NCBI GenBank assembly: GCA_043797125.1
Contig: JAZDPX010000022.1
Coordinates: 1,065-65,064, forward strand
Length of the DNA: 64,000 nt
From: Candidatus Omnitrophota bacterium
Lineage (GTDB): Bacteria; Omnitrophota; Gorgyraeia; JABMRG01; JAFGKX01
Direction: 5' to 3'
A program made the position numbers and the translations under genes. Below are positions 36,777-46,441 of this stretch, piece by piece. Each line of letters opens with the position of its first letter. Positions within the stretch are counted from its first letter, which is position 1. The notes beneath the pieces were generated by a model. It searched no databases, was not told the origin of the DNA, and worked only from the letters and a program-made list of their open reading frames with translations.

Positions 36777-38015
36777 TCAAATTTTCTTCAAAGCTATAGT
36801 GCAATTATGCCCGCCAAAACCCAGGCTATTGGATATGGCTGCTCTTATATTAAGCTTTTTTGCTTTATTGGGCGTATAATCAAGGTCGCATTCCGGATCC
36901 GGGACTTCATAATTTATCGTGGGGGGTACAATTCCGTAAAATATGGATAATGCGGTTGCAACAGCTTCTATGCCGCCGGCTGCGCCTAAAAGATGGCCTG
37001 TCATTGATTTTGTGGAACTTATACTTAACTTATAAGCATGGCTTCCAAACACTTCTTTAATAGCCATTGTCTCTATCTTATCATTAAGCAGCGTAGAAGT
37101 ACCGTGGGCATTTATATAATCCACGTCTTGGGGTTTTAGGCCTGCGTCTTTTATGCAGTTGTTCATGCACAAAATTGCTCCTTTACCTTCCGGGTCAGGC
37201 GCTGTCATGTGATACGCATCGCCGCTCATGGCATAACCTACAATTTCTGCGTATATTTTTGCGTTTCTTTTCTTGGCATGTTCATAATCTTCCAACACAA
37301 GGATTCCTGAGCCTTCGCCCATTACAAAACCGTCTCGTTCTTTATCAAATGGCCTGGATGCGCCTCTAGGGTCATGGTTTCTGGTTGAAAGAGAGCGGGC
37401 AGCGCAAAAACCGCCAAAACCCAACGGAGAAATAGCAGCCTCTGTGCCTCCACAAAGCATTAAATCAGCATCGCCGCGCTGTATTACCTTAAACGAATCT
37501 CCTATGGTATTGGTTCCTGTAGCGCATGCTGTTGAAACGCAGCTGTTTGGGCCTTTCAGGCCCAAATCCATTGAAACCTTGCCGGCAGCCATATTAACTA
37601 TCAGCATAGGTATAAAAAAAGGCGTTAAACGCGATACGCCTTTTTCAATTAAAACCTTATGTTCGGACTCTATTGTGTGTATGCCTCCGATGCCGGAACC
37701 TATAATCACGCCAAAACGATCTTTATCTATTAAACTAAGGTTCAGGCCCGCATCTTCAACAGCATTCCTTGACGCGACAATTGCAAACTGCACAAACCTG
37801 TCTGTTCTTTTTAAGTCCTTTGCAGCTAAAAACTTGGTAGGATCAAAATCCCTCACTTCTCCGGCCATTTTGGACGGAAAGGTACTGGCATCAAATGCTG
37901 TAATGCTATCAACGCCGTTTTTACCTTGGCAAAGAGCTTCCCAAAAAGCCTTTACGCTGCTGCCAATAGGCGTAATAACGCCCATACCAGTAATAACTAC
38001 TCTTCTTTTTTCCAT
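36777..38015 (-). CDS. fabF: 3-oxoacyl-[ACP] synthase II
   Basis: [18 protein letters not shown]; active-site Cys region CVSTACATG; HGTST; 412 aa. Confidence 0.92.
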   Translation of the reverse strand: MEKRRVVITGMGVITPIGSSVKAFWEALCQGKNGVDSITAFDASTFPSKMAGEVRDFDPTKFLAAKDLKRTDRFVQFAIVASRNAVEDAGLNLSLIDKDRFGVIIGSGIGGIHTIESEHKVLIEKGVSRLTPFFIPMLIVNMAAGKVSMDLGLKGPNSCVSTACATGTNTIGDSFKVIQRGDADLMLCGGTEAAISPLGFGGFCAARSLSTRNHDPRGASRPFDKERDGFVMGEGSGILVLEDYEHAKKRNAKIYAEIVGYAMSGDAYHMTAPDPEGKGAILCMNNCIKDAGLKPQDVDYINAHGTSTLLNDKIETMAIKEVFGSHAYKLSISSTKSMTGHLLGAAGGIEAVATALSIFYGIVPPTINYEVPDPECDLDYTPNKAKKLNIRAAISNSLGFGGHNCTIALKKI

Positions 38016-38046
38016 TATAAATAGGTGGGAATTTTGGTAGGTATGT

Positions 38047-38295
38047 TTAATCTGATCCCTTTGATGAAACTTTCTCTTCTATATATCTAATGGCATCAGC
38101 TACCTTGCTCATCTTTTCTGCATCTTCATCAGGTATCTCTATGCCAAATTCCTCTTCTAGCGCCATTACAAGCTCAACAGTGTCAAGCGAGTCAGCTCCC
38201 AAGTCATCAATAAATGATGCCTCAGGCGTCACTTCTTCAGGCTTTACACCTAACTGTTCCGCAATGATTGATTTTACCTTATCTTCTGTTGCCAT
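38047..38295 (-). CDS. acpP: acyl carrier protein
   Basis: [21 protein letters not shown]. Confidence 0.93.
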   Translation of the reverse strand: MATEDKVKSIIAEQLGVKPEEVTPEASFIDDLGADSLDTVELVMALEEEFGIEIPDEDAEKMSKVADAIRYIEEKVSSKGSD

Positions 38296-38316
38296 TCTTC
38301 TCCCTCCTTGGTTAAC

Positions 38317-39057
38317 TTACATTACCATACCGCCGTCAACCTTGATTACCTCTCCTGTTATATAGGAAGAGGCCTCGCTAACCAAAAATAACGCCAAATT
38401 AGCTACATCCTTTGCCTCGCCAAACTTGGCCAGCGGAATCACTTCCAGCATTTTTTGTTTCTGCTCATCGTTTAGCTTGTCAGTCATGGCTGTTTTAATA
38501 AAACCAGGCGCGATAGCATTAACATTGATGCCGCGTGAAGCTAATTCCTTTGCCGCGCTCTTGGTTAAACCTATTATGCCTGCTTTGCTTGCCGCGTAAT
38601 TGGCCTGGCCGGCATTGCCCATTATGCCAATTATTGAAGCAATGTTGACAATCTTGCCAAAGCGCTGCTTTATCATCGGCCTTGTTGCTGCCTTTATACA
38701 ATTAAAGGCGCCTTTTAAATTGACGGCTAACACAGCGTCCCAATCAGCTTCCTTCATCCGCATTATCAAAGAATCTCTTGTTATGCCAGCATTGTTGATG
38801 AGTATATCAACTTTTCCTAGATTGTCAAGAACTTTGTTGACCATTTCTTCGACCGAAGAGGCGCTGGTTACGTCAACGATAAAGCTTAAGGCCTTCACAC
38901 CAACTGCCTGTATAGCTTTTTGCGCATCATCAAGGGCCTGTTTGTTGACATCGCAGATAGCTATATTGGCCCCCTCTCTGGCTAAGGTTAATGCAATCTC
39001 CCTGCCAATGCCTTGAGCTGCCCCTGTTATTATAGCTACCTTGTCCTTTAATTGCAT
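38317..39057 (-). CDS. fabG: 3-oxoacyl-[ACP] reductase
   Basis: SDR fold TGAAQGIGREIA; NNAG; YAASKAG; 246 aa. Confidence 0.9.
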   Translation of the reverse strand: MQLKDKVAIITGAAQGIGREIALTLAREGANIAICDVNKQALDDAQKAIQAVGVKALSFIVDVTSASSVEEMVNKVLDNLGKVDILINNAGITRDSLIMRMKEADWDAVLAVNLKGAFNCIKAATRPMIKQRFGKIVNIASIIGIMGNAGQANYAASKAGIIGLTKSAAKELASRGINVNAIAPGFIKTAMTDKLNDEQKQKMLEVIPLAKFGEAKDVANLALFLVSEASSYITGEVIKVDGGMVM

Positions 39058-39070
39058 CTGTCGCCTTTAA

Positions 39071-39107
39071 CTATAGACCATCGACCATTGACCACTGACC
39101 ATAGACT
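39071..39107. repeat. heptamer array (ATAGACC ATCGACC ATTGACC ACTGACC ATAGACT) upstream of fabG
   Basis: Same RGTCNAT family, reverse orientation. Confidence 0.7.
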
Positions 39108-39109
39108 AA

Positions 39110-39457
39110 TTATACGCTTTTTGCCTTTTTTGTTTTTGCGGCTATTTGCGCGCCCAAGCCGCGTATCTGCTTGCGCAGGGAATCTACCTTTGCCCTGGAA
39201 ATACTACCTGTCTTAGCCACCAGTTTCCCCAGTTCGGTATAAAGCCTCTCTTGCTTGGTCTTTAAAATCATTGCCTCAAGCGTAAGCTTGCTTTTTTCGG
39301 AAAAACTCTTTACGTGCTCTTCTCCTTTTTTAATCAAAACCGATGATTCATCCGCTGCCTTTTTTAAATAATCCTTGGTATGCTCCCAAAATTCCTTAAT
39401 ATCTGTCTCCACCTTCTTCATATCAATCTTATTATGCTCCTTTGTATTGCATGCCAT
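39110..39457 (-). CDS. hypothetical coiled-coil protein (phasin-like); start assigned to MACNTKEH, which has an upstream GGGAGG
   Basis: The track ORF extends over the REP palindrome; the internal Met has a good SD. Confidence 0.4.
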   Translation of the reverse strand: MACNTKEHNKIDMKKVETDIKEFWEHTKDYLKKAADESSVLIKKGEEHVKSFSEKSKLTLEAMILKTKQERLYTELGKLVAKTGSISRAKVDSLRKQIRGLGAQIAAKTKKAKSV

Positions 39458-39555
39458 ATTTTTGCCTCCCTGCCTGCCGGCGGGCAGGCTTTTAATTGCA
39501 ATTTGTTTTACTGACCTCATTATTTACTACTATTAACACTATGTCAAGAGAAAAG

Positions 39556-40059
39556 TTAATGAGCAATAAAAATATTATATATAATTCCCTTGCCTGCTAA
39601 TACTACAGCTGTCACTATCGCTGCTGCTGCGATAACTCCTGCAACTATAGCTGCCAAGGCATATCTAAATCTAATCTTGAATAATGTGGCTGCCAGGCAG
39701 CCTGACCACGCCCCTGTCATAGGCAGGGGAACCGCGACAAATAACGCCAGGCCCAATGCCTCGTATTTTTCGATAAGCGACGCCTTTTGTTTTGTTCTTT
39801 CGTTTAGCCAGTCGAAAAATCTCCTTAACAAAGGAAATCTTCTTAAATAATTTGACACAGGCTCGAACAAAAACAATGCCGGGATAACGGGAAAAATATT
39901 TCCTGCTATAGAAAAAAACAGCACCCTTTTAATCGGCATAGACACTGCCACGCCGAACGGTATAGCGCCCCTTACCTCGGAAATAGGCAGAACGCCTAAA
40001 ATGAATACGATAACTTCGTTTGGCAAGTTGGATAAAATATTTAGTATATGCTCTATCAT
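39556..40059 (-). CDS. small multidrug-export-like membrane protein (COG2426-like); start assigned to MIEHIL
   Basis: About 168 aa with 4-5 TM segments (GVLPISEVRGAIPFG...); the shorter start avoids overlap with pcm. Confidence 0.45.
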   Translation of the reverse strand: MIEHILNILSNLPNEVIVFILGVLPISEVRGAIPFGVAVSMPIKRVLFFSIAGNIFPVIPALFLFEPVSNYLRRFPLLRRFFDWLNERTKQKASLIEKYEALGLALFVAVPLPMTGAWSGCLAATLFKIRFRYALAAIVAGVIAAAAIVTAVVLAGKGIIYNIFIAH

Positions 40060-40103
40060 GGCTTTGTGCTTTGAGCTATGCGCTATGGGCTTTGTGCTTT
40101 GGG

Positions 40104-40757
40104 CTATTCTCTTATCCCGTATTTTCCTACTAATGGGACAAATGCGCAACCACAAATCTCTTCTTCGTTAAATTTTTCTTTTTGCTTCCTTATAATTGTT
40201 AAAACCTGCGAAAAACTACCACCTATTGGTATGGCAAGCCTGCCTGTCTCTTTTAGCTGGGCCTTTAAAGGTTCCGGGGCAAAATTAGCCGCGCAGGTAA
40301 CCATTATCGCGTCGTATGGCGCAAACTCCTGCCACCCGATACTTCCATCCGCAACTTTTAATTTTATATTCGTATAACTAAGCTCTTGCAAAACTTTTTC
40401 CGAGCGTTCTTTTAATATTGAAAACCTCTCTATGGAATAAACCTCTTTTGCCAATTCCGCCAATATAGCTGCCTGGTAACCGCTGCCTGTGCCTATCTCC
40501 AAAACTTTATCGCTCTTTTTAATATACAGGCACTGAGTCATCAACGCAACCATATAAGGCTGAGAAATAGTCTGGCCTTCGCCTATGCTTATGGGATAGT
40601 CTTGGTAAGCTTCGCTTATATATTTTTCAGGCACGAATTTATGCCGTGGAACTTTCAAGAATGCATCGAGCACCCTTTTGTCGGTTAAGCCCCTTGCGGA
40701 TAACTGCTCCGTGACCATATCGATCCTTTCCTGCTCATAGTCAATTATCTTTTTCAT
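40104..40757 (-). CDS. pcm: protein-L-isoaspartate O-methyltransferase
   Basis: VLEIGTGSGYQAAILAEL SAM motif; PIMT family N-terminus. Confidence 0.88.
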   Translation of the reverse strand: MKKIIDYEQERIDMVTEQLSARGLTDKRVLDAFLKVPRHKFVPEKYISEAYQDYPISIGEGQTISQPYMVALMTQCLYIKKSDKVLEIGTGSGYQAAILAELAKEVYSIERFSILKERSEKVLQELSYTNIKLKVADGSIGWQEFAPYDAIMVTCAANFAPEPLKAQLKETGRLAIPIGGSFSQVLTIIRKQKEKFNEEEICGCAFVPLVGKYGIRE

Positions 40758-41422
40758 TTTTCTCGCATTATCCCTGCCAAAAATCTTATAAACCTTAATG
40801 TGTCTATAACGGGATTTATGTTGCTTTTCTCGTTGGCATATATCGATTTTATCGGTATTGAGGCTATCTTGAATCCAACCTTTGCGGCCTTAACCAAAAT
40901 TTCTGATTCTATTTCGAATTTTTTGCTTTTAATGCTGATGTTTTTTAACACGTCTTTTTTGATAAGTTTATAACCGCATTGCGTATCGGGTATCTGTTGC
41001 TTGCATAAAGCCGATATTAATGAGGACATGAACCTGTTTGTGCAGATTCTCACAAGCGGCATTTTTCCATAGTTGATCAGCCTGTTGCCAATTATTACGC
41101 CGGTTGCATGGTCGGTATTTGCTACGCTTATAAATGAAGGTATCTCGTCAGGATTATGCTGGCCGTCGGAATCTATAGTAATGATGTAATCATAGCCGCT
41201 GGCCATTGCCCAATCAAGGCCGTCTTTTAAAGACGCGCCCTTGCCTTTTCTTGTATCGTGCGTTAAGATAACCGCGCCGCTTGCTTTAGCAAGCCTGGCG
41301 GTATTATCTTCTGAGCCGTCATCAATAACAACTACATCGATATTATATTTCATAACGCCTCTTATAACACCGACTATATTCTTTTCCTCATTATGCGCAG
41401 GCATTACCGCGCAGATCTTTTT
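40754..41422 (-). CDS. family 2 glycosyltransferase (dolichyl-phosphate mannose synthase-like)
   Basis: MKKICAVMPAHNEEKNI, DDGSEDNT, DxD-type GT-A fold; start taken at MKKICAV. Confidence 0.75.
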   Translation of the reverse strand, partial: KKICAVMPAHNEEKNIVGVIRGVMKYNIDVVVIDDGSEDNTARLAKASGAVILTHDTRKGKGASLKDGLDWAMASGYDYIITIDSDGQHNPDEIPSFISVANTDHATGVIIGNRLINYGKMPLVRICTNRFMSSLISALCKQQIPDTQCGYKLIKKDVLKNISIKSKKFEIESEILVKAAKVGFKIASIPIKSIYANEKSNINPVIDTLRFIRFLAGIMREK

Positions 41423-42291
41423 CATAACTTCCAGCCTATTCTCTCCCAGAACCTGCGAAAGACATACCATTGCTCGGGATATTTGCGTATAACATCTTCT
41501 AAAATTCCTAAATAAGCAAGCGTTAAGCGCCTCAGGTCCCTGTCGGTATCTCCCGAAATATTATATTCAAGCGGGGGATAAACTTTATATAAAAATGTAT
41601 TGTTGTGATTTCTAATTAAAAATAAAGGTACAATAGGAGAACCAAAGCGCATGCTCAACACCGCCGGGCCTTTCGGGATAAGGGTTTTTTTCTTAAAAAA
41701 CGGCATTTGCACGCCGTTATCAAAATAATCCCTGTCACCTACCAATGCCAACATATTATTTTCCGAAAGGCATTTAAAACAACGCCTTAGCGCCCCGCCG
41801 ACAGGTATTGGTTTTACGCCAAAGGACTCTCTTCTGCTGTTAAAAAAAGTATCTATTTTTTTATGCCTGTGCTTTAAAACAACGGCGTTTAACGGGTATC
41901 CTAACTTTGCCAAAACCGCAGCGCCTAATTCCCAATTGCCGAGATGCGCAGACACAAGGATAACCCCGCGGCCCTTTTTCAATGCGTTGTCTAAATGCTC
42001 AAAGCCTTCACATTTAATATTTTCTTTAATGAAGGCTTCATCCATAAGAGGAAATCTAAAAAAATCCACCAGATACTTGCAGAAATTCGCAAAGACCTCT
42101 TTTGACATAAGGCGTACTTTGTCTTCAGCTAAGGAGGGAAAAATGGCCTTTAGGTTGTCGCAGACAGCATGCCTGTCTCTAAACGAAAAAAACGAATAAA
42201 ACCTTCCGAGCCAAGAGGCTATTTTGTACGCTCTTTTTAAACTTACGCGCAGTGAAATAAAAATAAATATATTATAGATAAAAAATAGCAT
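41422..42291 (-). CDS. lysophospholipid/lipid A acyltransferase family protein (LpxL/HtrB-like)
   Basis: N-terminal TM; acyltransferase HX4D-like motif SAHLGNWELG. Confidence 0.65.
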   Translation of the reverse strand: MLFFIYNIFIFISLRVSLKRAYKIASWLGRFYSFFSFRDRHAVCDNLKAIFPSLAEDKVRLMSKEVFANFCKYLVDFFRFPLMDEAFIKENIKCEGFEHLDNALKKGRGVILVSAHLGNWELGAAVLAKLGYPLNAVVLKHRHKKIDTFFNSRRESFGVKPIPVGGALRRCFKCLSENNMLALVGDRDYFDNGVQMPFFKKKTLIPKGPAVLSMRFGSPIVPLFLIRNHNNTFLYKVYPPLEYNISGDTDRDLRRLTLAYLGILEDVIRKYPEQWYVFRRFWERIGWKL

Positions 42292-42295
42292 AAGG

Positions 42296-43408
42296 TTACA
42301 GGTTTAAAATCATCCTCGCAATGTCCATGGAAGATTCAGGCTTGCCGATTTTAGAAGCTGCGGCTGACATGGCTTTCAGCTTATAGGGCATGGAGAATAA
42401 ATTCTCCAAAAGGGCTAAGAGTTCTGCCTCGTTTTCCGCCTTGACAGCTGCGCCGTGTTTTATTAGAAACTTTGTGTTTTTGGCTTCCTGCCCGGGTATG
42501 GGGTTTACTATTATTATTGGCAAAGACTTTGCCAGGGCTTCAGATACGGTTATACCTCCCGGCTTTGTAATAAGAATATCGGAAACCTGCATAAGCTCGT
42601 CTATGTTATCGGTATATCCCAGGGGGATTAATTTCTTTTTGTAGCGTCTTGCCCTTTTTATCAGCCACTTGTGCAGTTTTATGTTTGTTCCGGCAACAAC
42701 CATAACCTGAACCTGGGGCTTAAGCCTTTCTAAAGATGAGATAACAACCTTTATGGGCCCCAGCCCGCCTCCGCCGCCCATCACCAATACAACAGGCCCG
42801 TTGGAATTAAGGCCGAATTTTGCCTTTAAGTCCTGGATGTCGGCCTTTTTCGCAAATTTTATATCTATCGGGATTCCTACAATACTTATCTTTTCCTGCG
42901 GTATTCCGTCCTGTATGAACCTGTCTTTTGCCTCTTCGGAAGCCACAGTATATCTGTCGACAGATTCGTACATCCAGTATGAGTGCGGATAAAAATCTGT
43001 TAAGACTCCGACAAGGGAAACGCCCAGGTTAAAAGTTTTTTTCAAATCAGCAACCATGCCGCAGGGAAAGGCCTGCGTAGCTACGACAACATCGGGTTTA
43101 AAATCATCAAGAAGCGCCGTAAGTTTTTTATTGTTGAATCTATGAATCGCGTCTTTGAGCATCTGTGTGTTTTTTACAACCTTAGGGTTGTCATACAAAT
43201 ACTCCCACACTTCCGGCGTGCGCTTTATGATGCCCATATATGTTCTGTTTATTATCTTTTCCAGGATGGGGTTTGTGTAATTAAACGAATTTACACTCAT
43301 GGTTACTACATCGGGCCTCAACAATTTAAGGGCGTTTTCAATGGCGCAAACAGCCTTATGATGGCCTGATGAAACAGTTATATAAAGCAGTAATACCCGT
43401 TTTGGCAT
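42296..43408 (-). CDS. family 28 glycosyltransferase (MGDG synthase/UgtP/MurG-like)
   Basis: N-terminal VLLLYITVSSGHHKAV and C-terminal GT-B domain with GGGGLGP. Confidence 0.7.
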   Translation of the reverse strand: MPKRVLLLYITVSSGHHKAVCAIENALKLLRPDVVTMSVNSFNYTNPILEKIINRTYMGIIKRTPEVWEYLYDNPKVVKNTQMLKDAIHRFNNKKLTALLDDFKPDVVVATQAFPCGMVADLKKTFNLGVSLVGVLTDFYPHSYWMYESVDRYTVASEEAKDRFIQDGIPQEKISIVGIPIDIKFAKKADIQDLKAKFGLNSNGPVVLVMGGGGGLGPIKVVISSLERLKPQVQVMVVAGTNIKLHKWLIKRARRYKKKLIPLGYTDNIDELMQVSDILITKPGGITVSEALAKSLPIIIVNPIPGQEAKNTKFLIKHGAAVKAENEAELLALLENLFSMPYKLKAMSAAASKIGKPESSMDIARMILNL

Positions 43409-43502
43409 ATTTTTTATATAAAAAGGGAGAAGTTTCTACTTCCTGAATTTTCAATCAGTAGAACCTTCTCCCTTATCTGATTATTCATTTTACAAATTGT
43501 TA

Positions 43503-44717
43503 CTAGCTTTCAGCCTTTAGCAGTTTGGCTATTTTGTCGACTGCCTTTTTTAGCTTTTCCTCGTTTTCAACTAACGCAAACCTTACATAGCCTTCACCAT
43601 ACTCGCCGAAACCAGTTCCCGGGGCAGAGACAACACCTGCTTCTTTTACTAAAAGCGATGAAAATTCCATTGATGTAAGAGCGTTAAATTTAGGCGGTAT
43701 ATGAGCCCATACATAAAAGGTTGCTTTTGGTTTTGGTATTTTCCATCCAATATTGTTTAGCCCGTCGACAAATACGTCACGCCTTTGTTTATAAACCTCT
43801 ACCATCTCTTTTATGCAATCCTGCGGCCCGGTTAAAGCCTTTACCGCAGCCAACTGTACGGCCCTGAATATGCCAAAATCTATATAACTTTTTGCCTTGG
43901 CCAAAGAAGCGAGAATCGCGGCATTGCCGACAGCAAAACCTATTCTCCAACCTGCCATATTATATGACTTTGAAAGGGTATGAAACTCTATTAAAGGCAG
44001 ATCCTTTGCACCAGCAACCTCTAAAATGCTCGGAGCTTTGTAGCCGTCAAATACAATATCGGAGTAAGTCAAATCATGGGCAATTATGAAATTTTTATCC
44101 TTTGCCCACGCGACTACTCGCTTGAAGAAATCTATATCCACCACAGCCGTCGTAGGATTGTGAGGATAGCTTAAAAAAAGCAATTTTGTCATACGCAATA
44201 TTTCACTGCTTAAATTCCACAGGTCGGGCTTAAACCCATGTTCTGCGGTCATGGGAATATTATAAAGTATGCCGCCTGCCATTATAACGCCGTTAAAATG
44301 CACCGGGTAGGCCGGGCTGGGCACAAGCGCTATGTCATCGTGATTTAAGAAAGCCAGCGAAAGATGGGCTACCCCTTCTTTGGAGCCTATCAAAGGAAGG
44401 GTCTCGGTAGCAGGGTCAAGGTCCACATTAAACCTTTGCTTATACCACTTGGCTATTGCTTCGCGCAATAATTTTTCCGGCGCGCCGTTAGGCCTTGAAT
44501 ATCTCTGGTTTTCCGTTACCCTTGCCTGCTTGCATAACTCATCTACTACGTGTTTAGGCGTAGGCAGATCATGGCTGCCCATGCCAAGATCAATTATCTC
44601 CAACCCACCGGCTCTTGCTTCCTCTTTAAGGCCGTCGAGTATTGTAAAAAGATATAACGGAAGCCTGCGCATTCTGTTTGCTTCGTGTATAGACATTTCA
44701 TTCCCCTTTTGTTTCAA
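43503..44717 (-). CDS. dapL: LL-diaminopimelate aminotransferase (class I aminotransferase); start probably MSIHEANR
   Basis: RLPLYLF N-terminal motif typical of DapL; PLP-lysine region SKSYNMAGWRIG. Confidence 0.7.
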   Translation of the reverse strand: MKQKGNEMSIHEANRMRRLPLYLFTILDGLKEEARAGGLEIIDLGMGSHDLPTPKHVVDELCKQARVTENQRYSRPNGAPEKLLREAIAKWYKQRFNVDLDPATETLPLIGSKEGVAHLSLAFLNHDDIALVPSPAYPVHFNGVIMAGGILYNIPMTAEHGFKPDLWNLSSEILRMTKLLFLSYPHNPTTAVVDIDFFKRVVAWAKDKNFIIAHDLTYSDIVFDGYKAPSILEVAGAKDLPLIEFHTLSKSYNMAGWRIGFAVGNAAILASLAKAKSYIDFGIFRAVQLAAVKALTGPQDCIKEMVEVYKQRRDVFVDGLNNIGWKIPKPKATFYVWAHIPPKFNALTSMEFSSLLVKEAGVVSAPGTGFGEYGEGYVRFALVENEEKLKKAVDKIAKLLKAES

Positions 44718-44937
44718 TTACAGCTATTGTTTTACCTACTTTTGCCATTTCACCTTCTTTGCATAAAATTTCTTTTAAGATGCCGCCTGTAGGTGCAGGC
44801 ACATTGAACGTTGCCTTATCTGTAATCATCTCAACCAGGTCATCGCCTTCGTTGACCTTTGCACCTTCATCAACATGCCAGAACGATACTGTTGCTTCAA
44901 TAACGCCCTCGCCTATTTCAGGTAACACTACTTTCAT
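44698..44937 (-). CDS. standalone lipoyl-attachment domain protein
   Basis: 79 aa; LVEMITDKATFNVPAPTGG matches the lipoyl-lysine motif; overlaps the lipA stop. Confidence 0.7.
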   Translation of the reverse strand: MKVVLPEIGEGVIEATVSFWHVDEGAKVNEGDDLVEMITDKATFNVPAPTGGILKEILCKEGEMAKVGKTIAVIETKGE

Positions 44938-45790
44938 ATACCTCCATTGCCTCCTTGTATGCTTCCCTGGCCTTATACGAACTTCGTATAAACGGCCCGC
45001 TTAAAATCGATTTAAATCCTATGCACTCAGCAAAACTTTTGTAAAATTCGAACTGCTCTGGCGTAATGTATTCCTGCACATCCACACAAGCGTGATCAGG
45101 TTTTAGATACTGGCCTATTGTTAATACGTCGCAATCTACGCATTTTAAATCCTTAATAGCTGCTAAAACTTCCTGCCTTGTCTCGCCAAGTCCTAGTATT
45201 ATACCACTTTTTGTTAAAATGTCACTGTTGTTTTTTATAAATTTTAAAACAAAAAGAGAATCCTCATATTTTGCCTGCGGCCTTATTTTGCCGTACAGGC
45301 GCGGGACGGTCTCAATATTGTGCGCAAAAACATCGGGCCGTACCTGTATTATTTTGTTCAACAGAGTTTTGTCTGCTTTAAAATCAGGAGTCAGAATTTC
45401 TATTTTTATCCCGGGATTAAAAACCCTTACAGCTTCAATTGTATTTACAAAATACTCAGCTCCCGCGTCATCAATGTCATCGCGCGTAACTGATGTAATA
45501 ACTACATACTTAAGGCCTAGGTCTTTTACCGCATGGGCTATTCTTTGAGGCTCATCTGAATCCGGCGCCTGGGGCATACCGGTTTTCACTGAACAAAAAC
45601 CGCAGTTTCTAGTGCAGGTATTGCCCAGTATCATAAATGTAGCTTCCCTGTTTTGGAAGCACTCGCCGATATTCGGGCACCTTGCGCTCTGGCATACGGT
45701 GTGCAGGTTGTGGTTTTTTAGAAGCTCGTTCATCCGCTCTATCGCTTCTGTCGGCAAGGGCCTCTTGAGCCACTCCGGAAATGCGTTCAT
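44918..45790 (-). CDS. lipA: lipoyl synthase
   Basis: CPNIGEC auxiliary cluster motif and radical-SAM CTRNCGFC. Confidence 0.93.
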   Translation of the reverse strand: MNAFPEWLKRPLPTEAIERMNELLKNHNLHTVCQSARCPNIGECFQNREATFMILGNTCTRNCGFCSVKTGMPQAPDSDEPQRIAHAVKDLGLKYVVITSVTRDDIDDAGAEYFVNTIEAVRVFNPGIKIEILTPDFKADKTLLNKIIQVRPDVFAHNIETVPRLYGKIRPQAKYEDSLFVLKFIKNNSDILTKSGIILGLGETRQEVLAAIKDLKCVDCDVLTIGQYLKPDHACVDVQEYITPEQFEFYKSFAECIGFKSILSGPFIRSSYKAREAYKEAMEVYESSVT

Positions 45791-45819
45791 TTGTTAAAAC
45801 TTTTATCCTTCCATGTTTA

Positions 45820-45877
45820 CAGGCTTAAGGCCTTGCCGAAAAAACACGCTTCAGATTTGGGCAAAGCCTTAAGCCTG
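45820..45877. repeat. hairpin derived from MITE-family-B termini (caggcttaaggccttgcc...ggcaaagccttaagcctg)
   Basis: Carries the acacgcttcagatttgggcaa core shared with 27020-27060, 33320-33360 and 49850-49897. Confidence 0.7.
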
Positions 45878-45918
45878 TAATCATAAACAAGAGTATGTGT
45901 TTAGCATAACTTGTTATT

Positions 45919-46197
45919 TTAATGCGCCTGGGCGATTCTATGAATAACTTCGGAGATAAATGTCTGATATTTAATACCGAGCTGGCGGGCTCTATGTTTA
46001 ATGCTTGTCAGGTCGCGGCTGTTTACCCTGATATTTAAAACTGCGTCTTTTTTTCTTGCCGCCACAGCCTTAGCAATAATTGCCAATTCATCCTTGCCTA
46101 CATCTATATACTCGCCCTTTAAAAGGCTCTCTTCAATAGCTTTCTCTTGTCTTGTGAGATTGATTTTCCCCGTGTTATTTTTCATTTGTGTAGACAA
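45919..46197 (-). CDS. BrnA-like ribbon-helix-helix antitoxin family protein (orphan; no BrnT partner found)
   Basis: C-terminal NIRVNSRDLTSIKHRARQLGIKYQTFISEVIHR is the BrnA/COG3514 signature. Confidence 0.55.
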   Translation of the reverse strand: MSTQMKNNTGKINLTRQEKAIEESLLKGEYIDVGKDELAIIAKAVAARKKDAVLNIRVNSRDLTSIKHRARQLGIKYQTFISEVIHRIAQAH

Positions 46198-46391
46198 TTG
46201 TATATTATTATGCTGCTGATATCAAGTTTTATTCCGAAAATACGTAATAGTTCAGCCACTGTAAGTATCTCGACTCGGACGTAGCTGAGGCTTAAGCCTA
46301 CCTACCGGCAGGCAGGCTGTCTATCGTCTAGGGCGGGTCCTGTCTGGCGCCAATATATAACGGGGTTAATACTAACATAACAGTATTATTT

Positions 46392-46410
46392 GTCAAGAAA
46401 AACTCTTGAC
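46392..46410 (+). promoter_or_regulatory. palindromic operator candidate GTCAAGA-aaaac-TCTTGAC overlapping the -35 of the lexA-MTase promoter
   Basis: Perfect 7-bp inverted arms; -35 TTGACC (46406-46411), 17-bp spacer, -10 TATATT (46429-46434), ATG at 46442 (leaderless-like). Confidence 0.4.
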
Positions 46411-46441
46411 CTTTCGGTTTATTTTCGGTATATTGTAAACT

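Noticed and set aside
39110-39520. N-terminal extension [21 protein letters not shown] of the hypothetical protein
   Set aside because: It is a translation through the REP palindrome (LPAGRQ peptide); the internal Met at 39457 with a GGGAGG SD is the more credible start.
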